From Candidatus Bathyarchaeia archaeon (GTDB taxonomy: Archaea; Thermoproteota; Bathyarchaeia; Bathyarchaeales; Bathycorpusculaceae), in assembly GCA_038883795.1 (NCBI GenBank), contig JAVZLK010000004.1, positions 1 to 64,000 of the forward strand: a stretch of DNA of 64,000 nucleotides. The letters run 5' to 3'. This document shows, in pieces, positions 28,333 to 38,279 of the stretch (the first letter of the stretch is position 1; every line of letters begins with the position of its first letter). Below the pieces are notes generated by a model. It did not search any database. It was not told where the DNA came from and worked only from the letters and a program-made list of their open reading frames with translations. The position numbers and the translations under genes were made by a program.

Positions 28333-29210
28333 AAAAACTGCTAATCACGCTAGCCCTAACAATAATCACATTAACAACAATAGGCTACAGCTACGCATGC
28401 ACAAATGGCGGAATAAGCATAAACTGCTACTGCAACTGCGACGTCAAATTCACATGCGTAAAAACATGGGACAACGAAATAGAAAAAGACGTAGCAAACA
28501 TAACCGCCAACATAATAGGCTGCACAGGCGACACAATAAAAGCCTACATAATAAATGCCTACCCATGCTACATGGCATACATAAACTATACAATCAAAAA
28601 CACAGGATGCCGACCAATCCACTTTGAAAACCTAACAATAATCAACCCCAACCCAGAAGCTTTAGAAATAACAACAACAAACCACACATGCACATGGCTC
28701 CAACCATGCGAAAAAATCAGCGGAATAACAACAGTCCACATACTCCAACCAGCAAAACAAAACTGGACCTACCAATTCCAAATAAAAATAGGCTTAAAAT
28801 GCCAAGAAGGCTACCCACGCACAATAGGCTTCTGGAAAAACCAATTCGACAAAGCCCTATGCAAAGGCGGCAAACCCCAAATAGACCTAGACACCCTCGA
28901 AAACTACCTTAACCAAATAAGCGCAAACTCGCCAATCTATGAATTCACGGGAAACCGCACCCAAAAATTCCAAAACGCCTCAAAAATCCTCAGCCCACCA
29001 TGGAATTCAAACATGAAAGCAAAACTCCTAGCCCACCTCTTGGCTTTGTGGCTAAACTATGTGGCTGGATGGACAGAAGGCTACAAATACAAAGGCATGA
29101 CCGCCTGGGAAATAATCCAAGGCTCAGAAAACGCCCTACTAAACAACCAAACAAACAAGTATGAATACTGGAAGAACATGTGCGACGGCTTCAACAACCT
29201 AGGAGGATGA
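28329..29210 (+). CDS. Secreted Cys-rich TasA-like subunit with C-terminal TIGFWKN helical domain
   Basis: Signal GYSYA; NAYPCY, KNTGCRP, LQPCE; YPRTIGFWKNQ. Confidence 0.7.
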   Translation: MKKLLITLALTIITLTTIGYSYACTNGGISINCYCNCDVKFTCVKTWDNEIEKDVANITANIIGCTGDTIKAYIINAYPCYMAYINYTIKNTGCRPIHFENLTIINPNPEALEITTTNHTCTWLQPCEKISGITTVHILQPAKQNWTYQFQIKIGLKCQEGYPRTIGFWKNQFDKALCKGGKPQIDLDTLENYLNQISANSPIYEFTGNRTQKFQNASKILSPPWNSNMKAKLLAHLLALWLNYVAGWTEGYKYKGMTAWEIIQGSENALLNNQTNKYEYWKNMCDGFNNLGG

Positions 29211-29214
29211 TAAA

Positions 29215-29970
29215 ATGAGAAGGTACAGAAGAAACACGCCAATCAACAAAACCGTAAGCATAACCTTCCTAACACTACTATTAGCTCTAGCAATAACAGG
29301 CTACAGCTATTCACATTGGACAGAAAAAATCCACATTCAAGGAACAATAACAACAGGCGCATGGGAAGAGAAAATCGCAAGCGTCCGCATAATGAAAACC
29401 CTAAACGGCTCCTTCACAGACCCCTATACAGGAAACGACATATCAACACCTACAAACCTAATCCACGTAGGAACCAACAAAAGCGCTGGATGGCCGACAA
29501 AATTTCAACTAATAATCACAGTCGAAAACAATGGCACAGTACCCATAGAAGATGCAGTACTAGATGTAATAGAAAATACTGTTGAACCAATAAACGCCAC
29601 ACCAAGCAAAGGCACAGTAGAATGGTACTACAACCATACCACCGGCGGCGAATTCGTCCAAAACTTCCTAAATTGGACAATAGGAACACTCGCACCCGGC
29701 GAAGTGGCAACCCTTGAAATATGGATACAAACACTACGCAACCCGACAGGAAAATATGAACCAACAAGCGAAAACCAACTTCTCGAAATTAACAGAGGCG
29801 CCAACATAACCGCAACCTCAGAATTAGGAACCCTCTTCGCGAGAACAGAAAACATAACCCTTACAATAGTAGACGATGGCACTCTTGGCAACAACATAGC
29901 AGTAATAACGCCTACATTACCATACTCTACTCCATGGGCAAGTGACACAAAAACAGAATACACGCCATAA
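29215..29970 (+). CDS. SipW-signal secreted protein with DUF11-like Ig domain
   Basis: GYSYS-HWTEKIHIQGTITTG; ITVENNG, WTIGTLAPGE. Confidence 0.7.
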   Translation: MRRYRRNTPINKTVSITFLTLLLALAITGYSYSHWTEKIHIQGTITTGAWEEKIASVRIMKTLNGSFTDPYTGNDISTPTNLIHVGTNKSAGWPTKFQLIITVENNGTVPIEDAVLDVIENTVEPINATPSKGTVEWYYNHTTGGEFVQNFLNWTIGTLAPGEVATLEIWIQTLRNPTGKYEPTSENQLLEINRGANITATSELGTLFARTENITLTIVDDGTLGNNIAVITPTLPYSTPWASDTKTEYTP

Positions 29971-30077
29971 AGCAACACCTTTTACAAATTTTATAAAACA
30001 ATATTGCCAAATTTGTAGTAAAACCTTTTAAAAAGAAACAATATTCAATACGATAAAGTATAGGTCGCAAACTATAC

Positions 30078-31088
30078 ATGAGAAGACCACCAAAAACGAT
30101 AATCCTCATTACCCTCTTCACAATTCTAACCCTAATCGCATTACTAACCCTTTGCATAGCACATCAAACCCCAACAGAAGAGACCACAACCCAAATCCTC
30201 TGCACATACAGAAGCACAGCAGACTACGATTACACGGCAACACTAGACCCAAACAACATAATCTACAACGGCAAAACAACACTAAAACCAGGAGAAGGCA
30301 CCATATACACAAAAATAACCCGCCAAATCAACCTAACCCTCACATACACATTCCACACGAGCATACCATCAGAAGCCACAATAACATACACCACAACTAA
30401 AACACTAAGAGCATCAGCAATAGAATACCAAATAAGCCAGACGCAGCCCCAAACAACAAACGAAAAACAAATCCAAATTGAACTACCCCAAATAAACAAA
30501 ACAGAAACAGACCCAATAATAGCCAGAATCGCCTCAGAAATGGGAATAAGCTCAACCCCATACTACACAATAGAAATAACAACAACATTCACCATAAACG
30601 CCAACACCACCATCAGCCCAATACATCAAACTTTTACGCCAACCCTTACAATAACATTCCAACGCACAGACCAAGGAGAAATAACAACAATAGGCGATTT
30701 ATACCAAACAAAAACAGAAACAATAACAGAAAACCAAACAATAACCCGCCAAGACATAATAAACCAACGATACGCATCATACAGCCTAACCACAATAGCC
30801 CTAGCAGGACTAGCCTTCTCCACATACTTCCACACAAAAACAAAACCCCAAACAAAAGAAACCCCCCTCGAAAAACTCATAGCCCCATACAAAGACCTAA
30901 TAATAGAAGCCGCAGAACCACCAAAAACCCCGCAAGAAACCACAATAATAAAGGTAGAAACAATAAAAGAACTAGCAAAAACAGCAGAAATCCTGGCAAA
31001 ACCAATAATCCTAACAAGAAAACCCCAGCCAACACTAATAATAATAGACCAAAACACCACATACCAACACATAATAGAAACCAAATAA
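30078..31088 (+). CDS. DUF5305-like membrane-anchored protein
   Basis: N-terminal TM, Thr-rich ectodomain (YDYTA..N.IY), second TM, then YKDLIIE..VETIKELAKTAEILAKPI; this family often neighbours SipW. Confidence 0.7.
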   Translation: MRRPPKTIILITLFTILTLIALLTLCIAHQTPTEETTTQILCTYRSTADYDYTATLDPNNIIYNGKTTLKPGEGTIYTKITRQINLTLTYTFHTSIPSEATITYTTTKTLRASAIEYQISQTQPQTTNEKQIQIELPQINKTETDPIIARIASEMGISSTPYYTIEITTTFTINANTTISPIHQTFTPTLTITFQRTDQGEITTIGDLYQTKTETITENQTITRQDIINQRYASYSLTTIALAGLAFSTYFHTKTKPQTKETPLEKLIAPYKDLIIEAAEPPKTPQETTIIKVETIKELAKTAEILAKPIILTRKPQPTLIIIDQNTTYQHIIETK

Positions 31089-31173
31089 ACGGCTATCCAC
31101 CATTTTGCACACGCATGAGCATAAGCAACACTTTTACCTTCTAAAACAAAAATAACAATAAAGGCGAAAATAA

Positions 31174-33075
31174 TTGTCAACAATAAGCAACACCCTAAAA
31201 AGAACAAGCGACATCCTAAAAAACGGAGCTACAAAACAAATTCTAGAATACGAAAAAAGCTTCTCAACCATAAAAAACCTCTATAACGCTTTACTCTCAA
31301 ACCTAATAAAAACAAACTTCAACCAAAAACAAGCTCACCAAACAGCAAAAAACTTCTTCCAAACAACAAACCTACGCTTCGCAGGAATAGACGGAACCAT
31401 GTACTCAAAACCCCTCTTCGATCTAGTCATATTCTTCGGAGGAGCATACGCATCAACAGGAACCGTAACTCTCCAAGAAAACAACAAACCAAAAATAGAA
31501 TACGACGAAAAAACCCTTCAACAGACTGCAGGCATATCAAGCGTAGTCCCCATATACGTCAACGAAATCCCAGACATAGACCAAACCTTCTTCGCTACGG
31601 AACAGCCAGAAGAAATAAGCCTAAACAAGCCGTTAATGGATGAAACAATAATAAACAACGCCACCATCGCCAACTGGATAATGACTTTCGCAGAATATTA
31701 CTTGGCTTATAAGCTTGCCACAGACCAAAACCAAAAAACCCACATAATCCTTTTAGACAGAAGCCTTTCCATAGAAAGGGCAAGCCTCCTCTATGATACG
31801 TCAAAACGGGAATTATGGGAAAAGAAAAGCAGCATCCTAGGCTACAAAATAGACAACGAACCCATAGACATCAACGACCTAACCATAGCAAGACAATACG
31901 TTTACAACCCAGCCTTAGGCTTACCGCCACCAAGGGCAGACTATCTACGCTATGCAATAATCCAACTAGCAAAACAAAAAGGAGGCTTAACAGAAGCTCA
32001 AATTCTTAAAGAGTTTGGCATAACAGACGAGAAGAGAGCAAAAAGAGTGAAAAGATACCTTGGACATTTGGTAAAAAGGGACATTTTAAAAGAGAAAAAT
32101 GAAGTTTACACACTGAATCCAAAATATGCCACAACATGGGAACGCATCAAAAAACTTGTAACAAGCCTCGGCGACCGCTTCTTCTTTACAAAAACCTCGG
32201 AAACAACAAGCCTCATGAAAATCTTGAAGGATGGAAAAGAGCATTGGTTGACAACTCTTGACATTGCTTTTCTGACGCTTTTCACTTTGCAAACGCTCAT
32301 GGAAGAATGCTGGAATAGGCATGTTTTGCTTATAGGCATAACGAAAGATACGGCGGCAAGGGATTTCAAAAGGCAGCTCATTCCAATAATGAATAATGAA
32401 GGCTTGTTGAAGGCAAATGTTACGCCTGAAGAGTTTGAAAAACTGCCAAACACGGACCGCATGATTCTCCAATCCACAAGCATTTTCAACCCGGAAGAAA
32501 TTAAGCCTCCGTGGAGCCTTATTGAGTATGATTCAGCTTACAGAACAATGATTCCAGATAGGCAGGGCAGAAAGGGATACGTTTCAGGTGCCATAAAAAA
32601 CAAGATAGGCTTAGAAAAAACTTTCTTAAAAACCTATGTGCAGTTAAGCCAAGCAAAAACAGATCCGCTTTTGCGCAGTAACGTCCTCTTGGTGGACCGT
32701 TTGGTCTATCCAGAGTATGATTATAAGCCAGAAAATGTTGTGGAGTTTTGGAATGAGCTCAGCGATGGAACAAGAGAAACCGTTGAAACCATCTTATTTG
32801 TGGATAAGGAAGTTCCTAATGAGATTCAGAATTTGGTTATGGTTGTTTTGGAGGCTATGGCACCGTCTAGCATTCCAGAAGCCTTCGGTCATAACAAGCC
32901 TTTGTTCATCGCAGATAAAGTTGCAAAGTGGAATTATAACCAGTTCAAGCGTATAGTAGATACGACGGCTGATTGGATACTCAATAACCATAAATTGAGA
33001 AAGTTCATATTTTACATGAGCACCTTTAGGGAGAGGAGGGCAACAATTGAAGCGGCAAGAAGAGAACAATTTTAA
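31174..33075 (+). CDS. nurA: NurA-family nuclease with inserted winged-helix domain
   Basis: FAGIDGT, ILLDRSL, LIGITKD, GHNKPLFIADKVAK; wHTH-like insert at about aa 255-320. Confidence 0.75.
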   Translation: MSTISNTLKRTSDILKNGATKQILEYEKSFSTIKNLYNALLSNLIKTNFNQKQAHQTAKNFFQTTNLRFAGIDGTMYSKPLFDLVIFFGGAYASTGTVTLQENNKPKIEYDEKTLQQTAGISSVVPIYVNEIPDIDQTFFATEQPEEISLNKPLMDETIINNATIANWIMTFAEYYLAYKLATDQNQKTHIILLDRSLSIERASLLYDTSKRELWEKKSSILGYKIDNEPIDINDLTIARQYVYNPALGLPPPRADYLRYAIIQLAKQKGGLTEAQILKEFGITDEKRAKRVKRYLGHLVKRDILKEKNEVYTLNPKYATTWERIKKLVTSLGDRFFFTKTSETTSLMKILKDGKEHWLTTLDIAFLTLFTLQTLMEECWNRHVLLIGITKDTAARDFKRQLIPIMNNEGLLKANVTPEEFEKLPNTDRMILQSTSIFNPEEIKPPWSLIEYDSAYRTMIPDRQGRKGYVSGAIKNKIGLEKTFLKTYVQLSQAKTDPLLRSNVLLVDRLVYPEYDYKPENVVEFWNELSDGTRETVETILFVDKEVPNEIQNLVMVVLEAMAPSSIPEAFGHNKPLFIADKVAKWNYNQFKRIVDTTADWILNNHKLRKFIFYMSTFRERRATIEAARREQF

Positions 33076-34924
33076 CAGTTTCTGCTTCACAGATTTTGAT
33101 GGAAGATTCCGCGCTAGGCTGGCAGCCGTCATACCAAGGTTTTTTGCTGCTGCTGAAGAGACTAAGCTTGCTGGCACAAGCGCTCGCTATCAATGTCGAA
33201 TTAAGGTTGAGTATCAGAAGGATTTGATGGGCCTTTTGGAAGAGGGCATGCTTTTGGCTGTTAAGAATTTCAAGCAGTGTGGAGAAGGCGAAGAACGTTT
33301 TACGCTTATGGAGATTAGCCGTGTTTGGCCTGAACATTTTGGTTTGAGGGGTTTGTCTGATCATGGTTATTATCCTATGCAGTTTGAGATTATTGAGCAG
33401 TCTGAGGAGGATTGGCAGACTGACGATAGGTCTACGATGATGGTTCAGATAGATGCCATACCAATAAATTATGATTTGATTGTTAATAGAAAATGTGAGT
33501 TTGAGTTTGTTAAAGGCTTCTCCTACCCAGTTGTGGGCAGCCCAGCCTATCTTTTAAACGGCGAAATGATAAATCGCATGTATAACCAGAAAATCGCTGA
33601 AAAGTTGGGAATAGACCCATCCAAAACTGTCAGTGACGCCCGTGCGGACCCGAGGCTTGGTTTAATAAAAATGTTTCAGGCAAGTGAAACTATAATTCCA
33701 ATTTATGTAGATTTTGAGAAGCTTGTGCGCTACCATTTCGGCGTTTTCGCCTTCACGGGCGGTGGAAAAAGCAATTTGATGTCGAATATTTTGAGAAGAT
33801 TATTGTATCATACTGAGCAAACGAAGGTTGTGGTTTTTGACATAAGCTGCGAATACGTTTTCCTTTTACTTGACATTTTAACGGATCCAGCGATTTCTGC
33901 GAAGGTTATTATGGAAAATAGGATAGATTCGTTAGAGCAATTTTTCAATTCTGTTGTTAAACCACGAGAGTACGAGACTGACGAGCGGATTAAGAAGGGA
34001 CTTAAATGTATAATGGACCAAGGCAGACTTTTCTATTACAAAAGACCACGGGGGAAGGTTCCAACTTACAGCGAGTTTATGGAAGAGCTGAGCGACCAAA
34101 GGAAGGGTTCTGCTGACAAGCCAAATTACATGAATGCCATTGACGAGATTCGTGATGCCATATTAGAGTATATTGAAGAGCATGGGCTTATGGAAAATCA
34201 GGAAGTCAGCGAAGACTTTGTTAAATATATAGACGAAATATCGAGAGCCAAAGTGGAGGAGTTTAAGGTTCACGAAAAAAGCGGTTTGTATGCTTGGGCA
34301 ACAACGCGGAGCATGCTTTTGGATAGGATAAAAAGGCGCAATGAAAGGGAAGAGAAGGAAACGGGCGGATTAGCCATAGAAAAAATTCGGGAGTTGCTTG
34401 AAGACAAAACAACGAGGCTTATTTGCATCTCAATTTCGGACCCATTCACGATAAAGGATTTGGTGATAACGCTTACGCAGGATTTGCTTGTTAGGAGAAA
34501 ACGCAAATTCCAAGTTAAACCATACATCCTCCTCGTTTTCGATGAAGCACAAGAATTCATACCAAGCGGAGGCTCTGGCATCGATGCCAAATGTTCTGGG
34601 CATGTGGAAACCTTGCTAAGGCAAGGACGCAAATACGGCTTAGGCGTTTGCATCGCCACGCAACGCATAGCCTACTTGAATACGAATGCCCTACAACAGC
34701 TTCACACATATTTTGTTGGCACTTTGCCAAGACCATACGACCGCCAACTTGTAAGCGAAACTTTTATGATAGATAAGGGCATCTTAGAGAAAACTTTGGA
34801 GTTTGCGCCTGGCGAATGGCTATTGTCAAGTTATATAGCGACTGGAATGGAGAACGTGCCAATATTCATAAAGGCGGACAACGCAGAAAACGAAATAGAA
34901 AAATATCTTAAATCAAACGCTTAA
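33047..34924 (+). CDS. herA: HerA/FtsK-family ATPase (DUF87)
   Basis: HFGVFAFTGGGKSN, VFDEAQEF, RQGRKYG, ATQR; overlaps the nurA stop. Confidence 0.85.
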   Translation: MKRQEENNFNSFCFTDFDGRFRARLAAVIPRFFAAAEETKLAGTSARYQCRIKVEYQKDLMGLLEEGMLLAVKNFKQCGEGEERFTLMEISRVWPEHFGLRGLSDHGYYPMQFEIIEQSEEDWQTDDRSTMMVQIDAIPINYDLIVNRKCEFEFVKGFSYPVVGSPAYLLNGEMINRMYNQKIAEKLGIDPSKTVSDARADPRLGLIKMFQASETIIPIYVDFEKLVRYHFGVFAFTGGGKSNLMSNILRRLLYHTEQTKVVVFDISCEYVFLLLDILTDPAISAKVIMENRIDSLEQFFNSVVKPREYETDERIKKGLKCIMDQGRLFYYKRPRGKVPTYSEFMEELSDQRKGSADKPNYMNAIDEIRDAILEYIEEHGLMENQEVSEDFVKYIDEISRAKVEEFKVHEKSGLYAWATTRSMLLDRIKRRNEREEKETGGLAIEKIRELLEDKTTRLICISISDPFTIKDLVITLTQDLLVRRKRKFQVKPYILLVFDEAQEFIPSGGSGIDAKCSGHVETLLRQGRKYGLGVCIATQRIAYLNTNALQQLHTYFVGTLPRPYDRQLVSETFMIDKGILEKTLEFAPGEWLLSSYIATGMENVPIFIKADNAENEIEKYLKSNA

Positions 34925-34929
34925 AATTT

Positions 34930-35691
34930 TCAGGTTCTTATGGAGAGATACGTCTTATATGATTTGAAGCCTACTTTTGAATATGCACGTATGGCTGGGG
35001 CGTTATCTGCTATTACATAGATTATTGCTATTGGAGATCTTTTGAAAATTTTTTGGACAAGAGCAGACACGATAGATGTAGCGTAACCTCTATTTCTGTA
35101 ATGTTCATCAGTGGCTACAACTCCAATTAGGCTTGCAAAATCCACGAATCGAGCATTGCCAACAGAAACCAGTCTACCTTCTTTTCTTATGCCAAGCCAG
35201 AAAACGTTTTGCCATCTCTGCTTCAACTGTTCTGCATTAGTTTCGCCCCACCACTCAGGATCGCATCGTCTCATTAATGCTGCAACTTCCTCAGCGTCTT
35301 CAACATTTAGCCTTATGGGAGTTTCAGTTATTTGAATGCGCTCGTCTCCGCGGTTCAAGCACATCAGCACCATGTTCTCTTTAACGCGTGGCTTAAATTT
35401 CTGACAAATGACATCTTCGCAGTCTGGTGGCGCCTGCAATTCAACCTTCTCAAGATTAGCATATTCAAGTAACTTCTGCACAGCTTCCCGACTGCCTCTA
35501 AACTGGACAATATAATCAGAAAAAATTAGCAGCAAACCTAATACTTCCCTTCTCTCCACTGCCAGAAATATCTTTGTCTGTTCCCTACGTTGAGTCCAAT
35601 CAAGTATGAAAAAATAGTAATCTAACTGGTCGCGGTTTACATATTCCCAGAACGTCTGCTCGTAACCTTCAGTCACAGAAACAATTTTCAT
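34930..35691 (-). CDS. GNAT (FR47-like) acetyltransferase
   Basis: VATDEHYRNRGYA, NAPAIRAYSKVGF. ORF track start is 35724. Confidence 0.9.
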   Translation of the reverse strand: MKIVSVTEGYEQTFWEYVNRDQLDYYFFILDWTQRREQTKIFLAVERREVLGLLLIFSDYIVQFRGSREAVQKLLEYANLEKVELQAPPDCEDVICQKFKPRVKENMVLMCLNRGDERIQITETPIRLNVEDAEEVAALMRRCDPEWWGETNAEQLKQRWQNVFWLGIRKEGRLVSVGNARFVDFASLIGVVATDEHYRNRGYATSIVSALVQKIFKRSPIAIIYVIADNAPAIRAYSKVGFKSYKTYLSIRT

Positions 35692-35746
35692 AAATACAGT
35701 CTCCGAACAGGTAATAAGGCGCAATGTGGAATAAAAGTTTAAGAAT

Positions 35747-36742
35747 TTATACTGCTGCCTTTGCAGGTTGCGTCATTCCGCATTTTTTGAGCAGTTTATT
35801 CCATCTTTCATCTGTTATTCTTTGTATTTCGTTAAGCATCTTCTCGAATTGTGGCGTAAACAAATGCCTAAACCGTCCTTGCACTTCCAAATACTCCTTA
35901 ACGGGCTTTTTCTTTTGTGGACTCAAAGCCATAACCTTGCTTGGTGCCGAAAGCTGATATTCGCCGTTTACTGCTTCCCATAATGGGAATATGCATGTTT
36001 CCACAGCCAAACGCGAAAGCTCTATGGTTTTTGCTGGGTCGCTTCGCCATCCGCGTGGGCATGGCGCAAAAACGTGCAGAAAGGCTGGTCCATTCACTTC
36101 TAAGCCTCTTCTCACTTTTGTTATTAGGTCCCGCCAATAATATGGCGATGCTGTAGCCACATATGGCATTTCATGAGCCACCATAATATCTGCTATAGGC
36201 TTTTTAGGCTCCAGTTTTCCTGGTATTACGGTGCCCGCTGGCGATGTTGTTGTTGAAGCGCCTAGGGGCGTTCCGCCGCTTCTTTGGATTCCAGTATTCA
36301 TATACGCTTCATTATCGTAAAGCACAAACAAGAAGTCATGTCCCCTTTCCACTGCGCCGCTGAGTGCTTGGATGCCAATGTCGTATGTGCCGCCGTCTCC
36401 AGCCAAAGCAATAACGTCTATATGCTCATGCTTTATTCTCCCCTTCTTCTTTAGCACTTTTATGGCTGCCTCAATTCCAGAAGCGTTTGCAGCTGCATTT
36501 TCAAAGGCTGTGTGAAGCCATGGCAAAGCCCAAGAAGTGTATGGGTATATGGACGAGACCACTTCCATACAGCCAGTGGCATTAGTTACTATGGTTGGTC
36601 CCCTAACAGCTTTCATTATGAGCCTTAAAACTGTTGCTGGTCCGCAGCCTGCACATGCTCTATGTCCAGACAAGAAGAGGTTTGGTTTTTCGGCTATGTC
36701 TTTTGCGGTGAATTTCCATTCAGAAAACATTTTTTCACTCAT
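35747..36742 (-). CDS. porB: Pyruvate:ferredoxin oxidoreductase beta subunit
   Basis: GHRACAGCG, GDGG TPP motif, YDNEAYMNTGIQRS. Confidence 0.95.
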   Translation of the reverse strand: MSEKMFSEWKFTAKDIAEKPNLFLSGHRACAGCGPATVLRLIMKAVRGPTIVTNATGCMEVVSSIYPYTSWALPWLHTAFENAAANASGIEAAIKVLKKKGRIKHEHIDVIALAGDGGTYDIGIQALSGAVERGHDFLFVLYDNEAYMNTGIQRSGGTPLGASTTTSPAGTVIPGKLEPKKPIADIMVAHEMPYVATASPYYWRDLITKVRRGLEVNGPAFLHVFAPCPRGWRSDPAKTIELSRLAVETCIFPLWEAVNGEYQLSAPSKVMALSPQKKKPVKEYLEVQGRFRHLFTPQFEKMLNEIQRITDERWNKLLKKCGMTQPAKAAV

Positions 36743-36749
36743 CTCTTTT

Positions 36750-37982
36750 TCACTCCCTTAAACCAACATAATTTACCAATTTTTCAACACGTCCTGTTTT
36801 GATTATCCTCCGCAAATCCTCATAAATACCACGTATTTGAGCTGGGCTTGTGTCTCTTCCACCTAAACCATAAACATAATTCACTACATGAGGACGCTCT
36901 CTAACATCGTAAAGCGCATGCCGAACCTCATGGAAAACTGGTCCGCCGTGGCTTCCGAAGCTGAGGCTTCTATCCATGACAGCCACAGCTTTCACATTTT
37001 TAAGCGCTTCAACGATTCCTTCGACTGGTAGGGGTCTGAAAGTGCGCATTCGCAGCAGTCCTGCTTTTATGCCTTCAGCCCTAAGCTCGTCCACAACAGC
37101 CTTAACCGTTCCAGCCGTAGAACCCAAACATACCGTGGCGATTTCTGCATCATCCATGTGGTAGAGCTCTAAAAGCCCATCTCCATAATGTCTTCCACTT
37201 AGTTGGGCATATTCCTCATGTACTTGTCGTATCACCGTAAGCGCATTTTTCATGGCTTCTTCTTGCTGCCGCTTAAACTCAAAATAATAGTTTGGCAAAG
37301 CTATGGGTCCCATAGTTGTTGGATTTTCTGGGTCAAGCCTAAAAGGCACCATTTTTCCTTCGTGATTCTCTACTAGTGGGAATTGGCGAATTCCAACAAA
37401 CTTTTTCACTACATCATCTGGGAGAACTTGCACATTTTCCAGCGTGTGGCTTAAAGTGAAGCCGTCCAAACCCACGATGGCTGGCAACAAGACTTCTGGG
37501 TTTTCAGCTATTTTGAAGGCTTGAATTACAGAGTCATAAGCTTCTTGAGCATTTTCAACATAAATTTGTATCCAACCACTATCCCGTTCAACCATGGTGT
37601 CGGAATGATCGCCGTGGATGTTTAATGGTGCTGACAAAGCCCTATTAGCGATTGCCATAACCACTGGCGCACGGCATCCAGAAGTTACAAAAAGCATCTC
37701 ATGCATCAAAGCCAAACCAGCAGAAGCCGAAGCCGTAAAAGCCCTTGCACCAGTCACAGAAGCCGCAAGACACGCAGTCAAAGCACTGTGCTCTGATTCT
37801 GTGCAGACAAATTCTGTTTCAACCTCGCCATTGGCCACATATTCGCTGAACTTTTCAACAATTATTGTTTGAGGCGTAATGGGATAAGCAGCCACAATGT
37901 CAACATCAGACTGCTTCACGGCATAAGCAACAGCCTCATCCCCGTTTAGGGCTAAAACCTCCTGTTTAACAATACCCTTCAT
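36750..37982 (-). CDS. porA: Pyruvate:ferredoxin oxidoreductase alpha subunit
   Basis: AAYPITPQT, ESEHSA, YGLGGRD. Confidence 0.95.
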   Translation of the reverse strand: MKGIVKQEVLALNGDEAVAYAVKQSDVDIVAAYPITPQTIIVEKFSEYVANGEVETEFVCTESEHSALTACLAASVTGARAFTASASAGLALMHEMLFVTSGCRAPVVMAIANRALSAPLNIHGDHSDTMVERDSGWIQIYVENAQEAYDSVIQAFKIAENPEVLLPAIVGLDGFTLSHTLENVQVLPDDVVKKFVGIRQFPLVENHEGKMVPFRLDPENPTTMGPIALPNYYFEFKRQQEEAMKNALTVIRQVHEEYAQLSGRHYGDGLLELYHMDDAEIATVCLGSTAGTVKAVVDELRAEGIKAGLLRMRTFRPLPVEGIVEALKNVKAVAVMDRSLSFGSHGGPVFHEVRHALYDVRERPHVVNYVYGLGGRDTSPAQIRGIYEDLRRIIKTGRVEKLVNYVGLRE

Positions 37983-38000
37983 TTTTATTACTCATCCTCC

Positions 38001-38279
38001 TCATCCAAGCTTCATTTCAATAGCCTTTGTTGGGCACTCGTTGGCGCATATTCCACAGCCTTTACAAAAGTTAAAGTCAAACTCAATATCCTCCTTCTCG
38101 GGATTCCAGTGAATTGCGCCATCGGGACAGAAAAGGACGCATAGAAGGCATCTTGTGCATTTTTCTGGGTCTCTAATGGGCATGTATGTTTTCCAATCTC
38201 CAGTTAAAAATTCTGTGCTCGGTTTCCAGCAAACTCCTGCTGGCGCAATTTCTTTCCAACCTTTCTCTTTAGCCGTCAT
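38001..38279 (-). CDS. porD: Pyruvate:ferredoxin oxidoreductase delta subunit (2x[4Fe-4S])
   Basis: TGDWK, CTRCLLCVLFCPD, CKGCGICANECP. Confidence 0.95.
   Translation of the reverse strand: MTAKEKGWKEIAPAGVCWKPSTEFLTGDWKTYMPIRDPEKCTRCLLCVLFCPDGAIHWNPEKEDIEFDFNFCKGCGICANECPTKAIEMKLG

Noticed and set aside
27057-31207. Many overlapping alternative-frame and antisense ORFs
   Set aside because: Artefacts of the A/C skew, which depletes stop codons; low-complexity translations.
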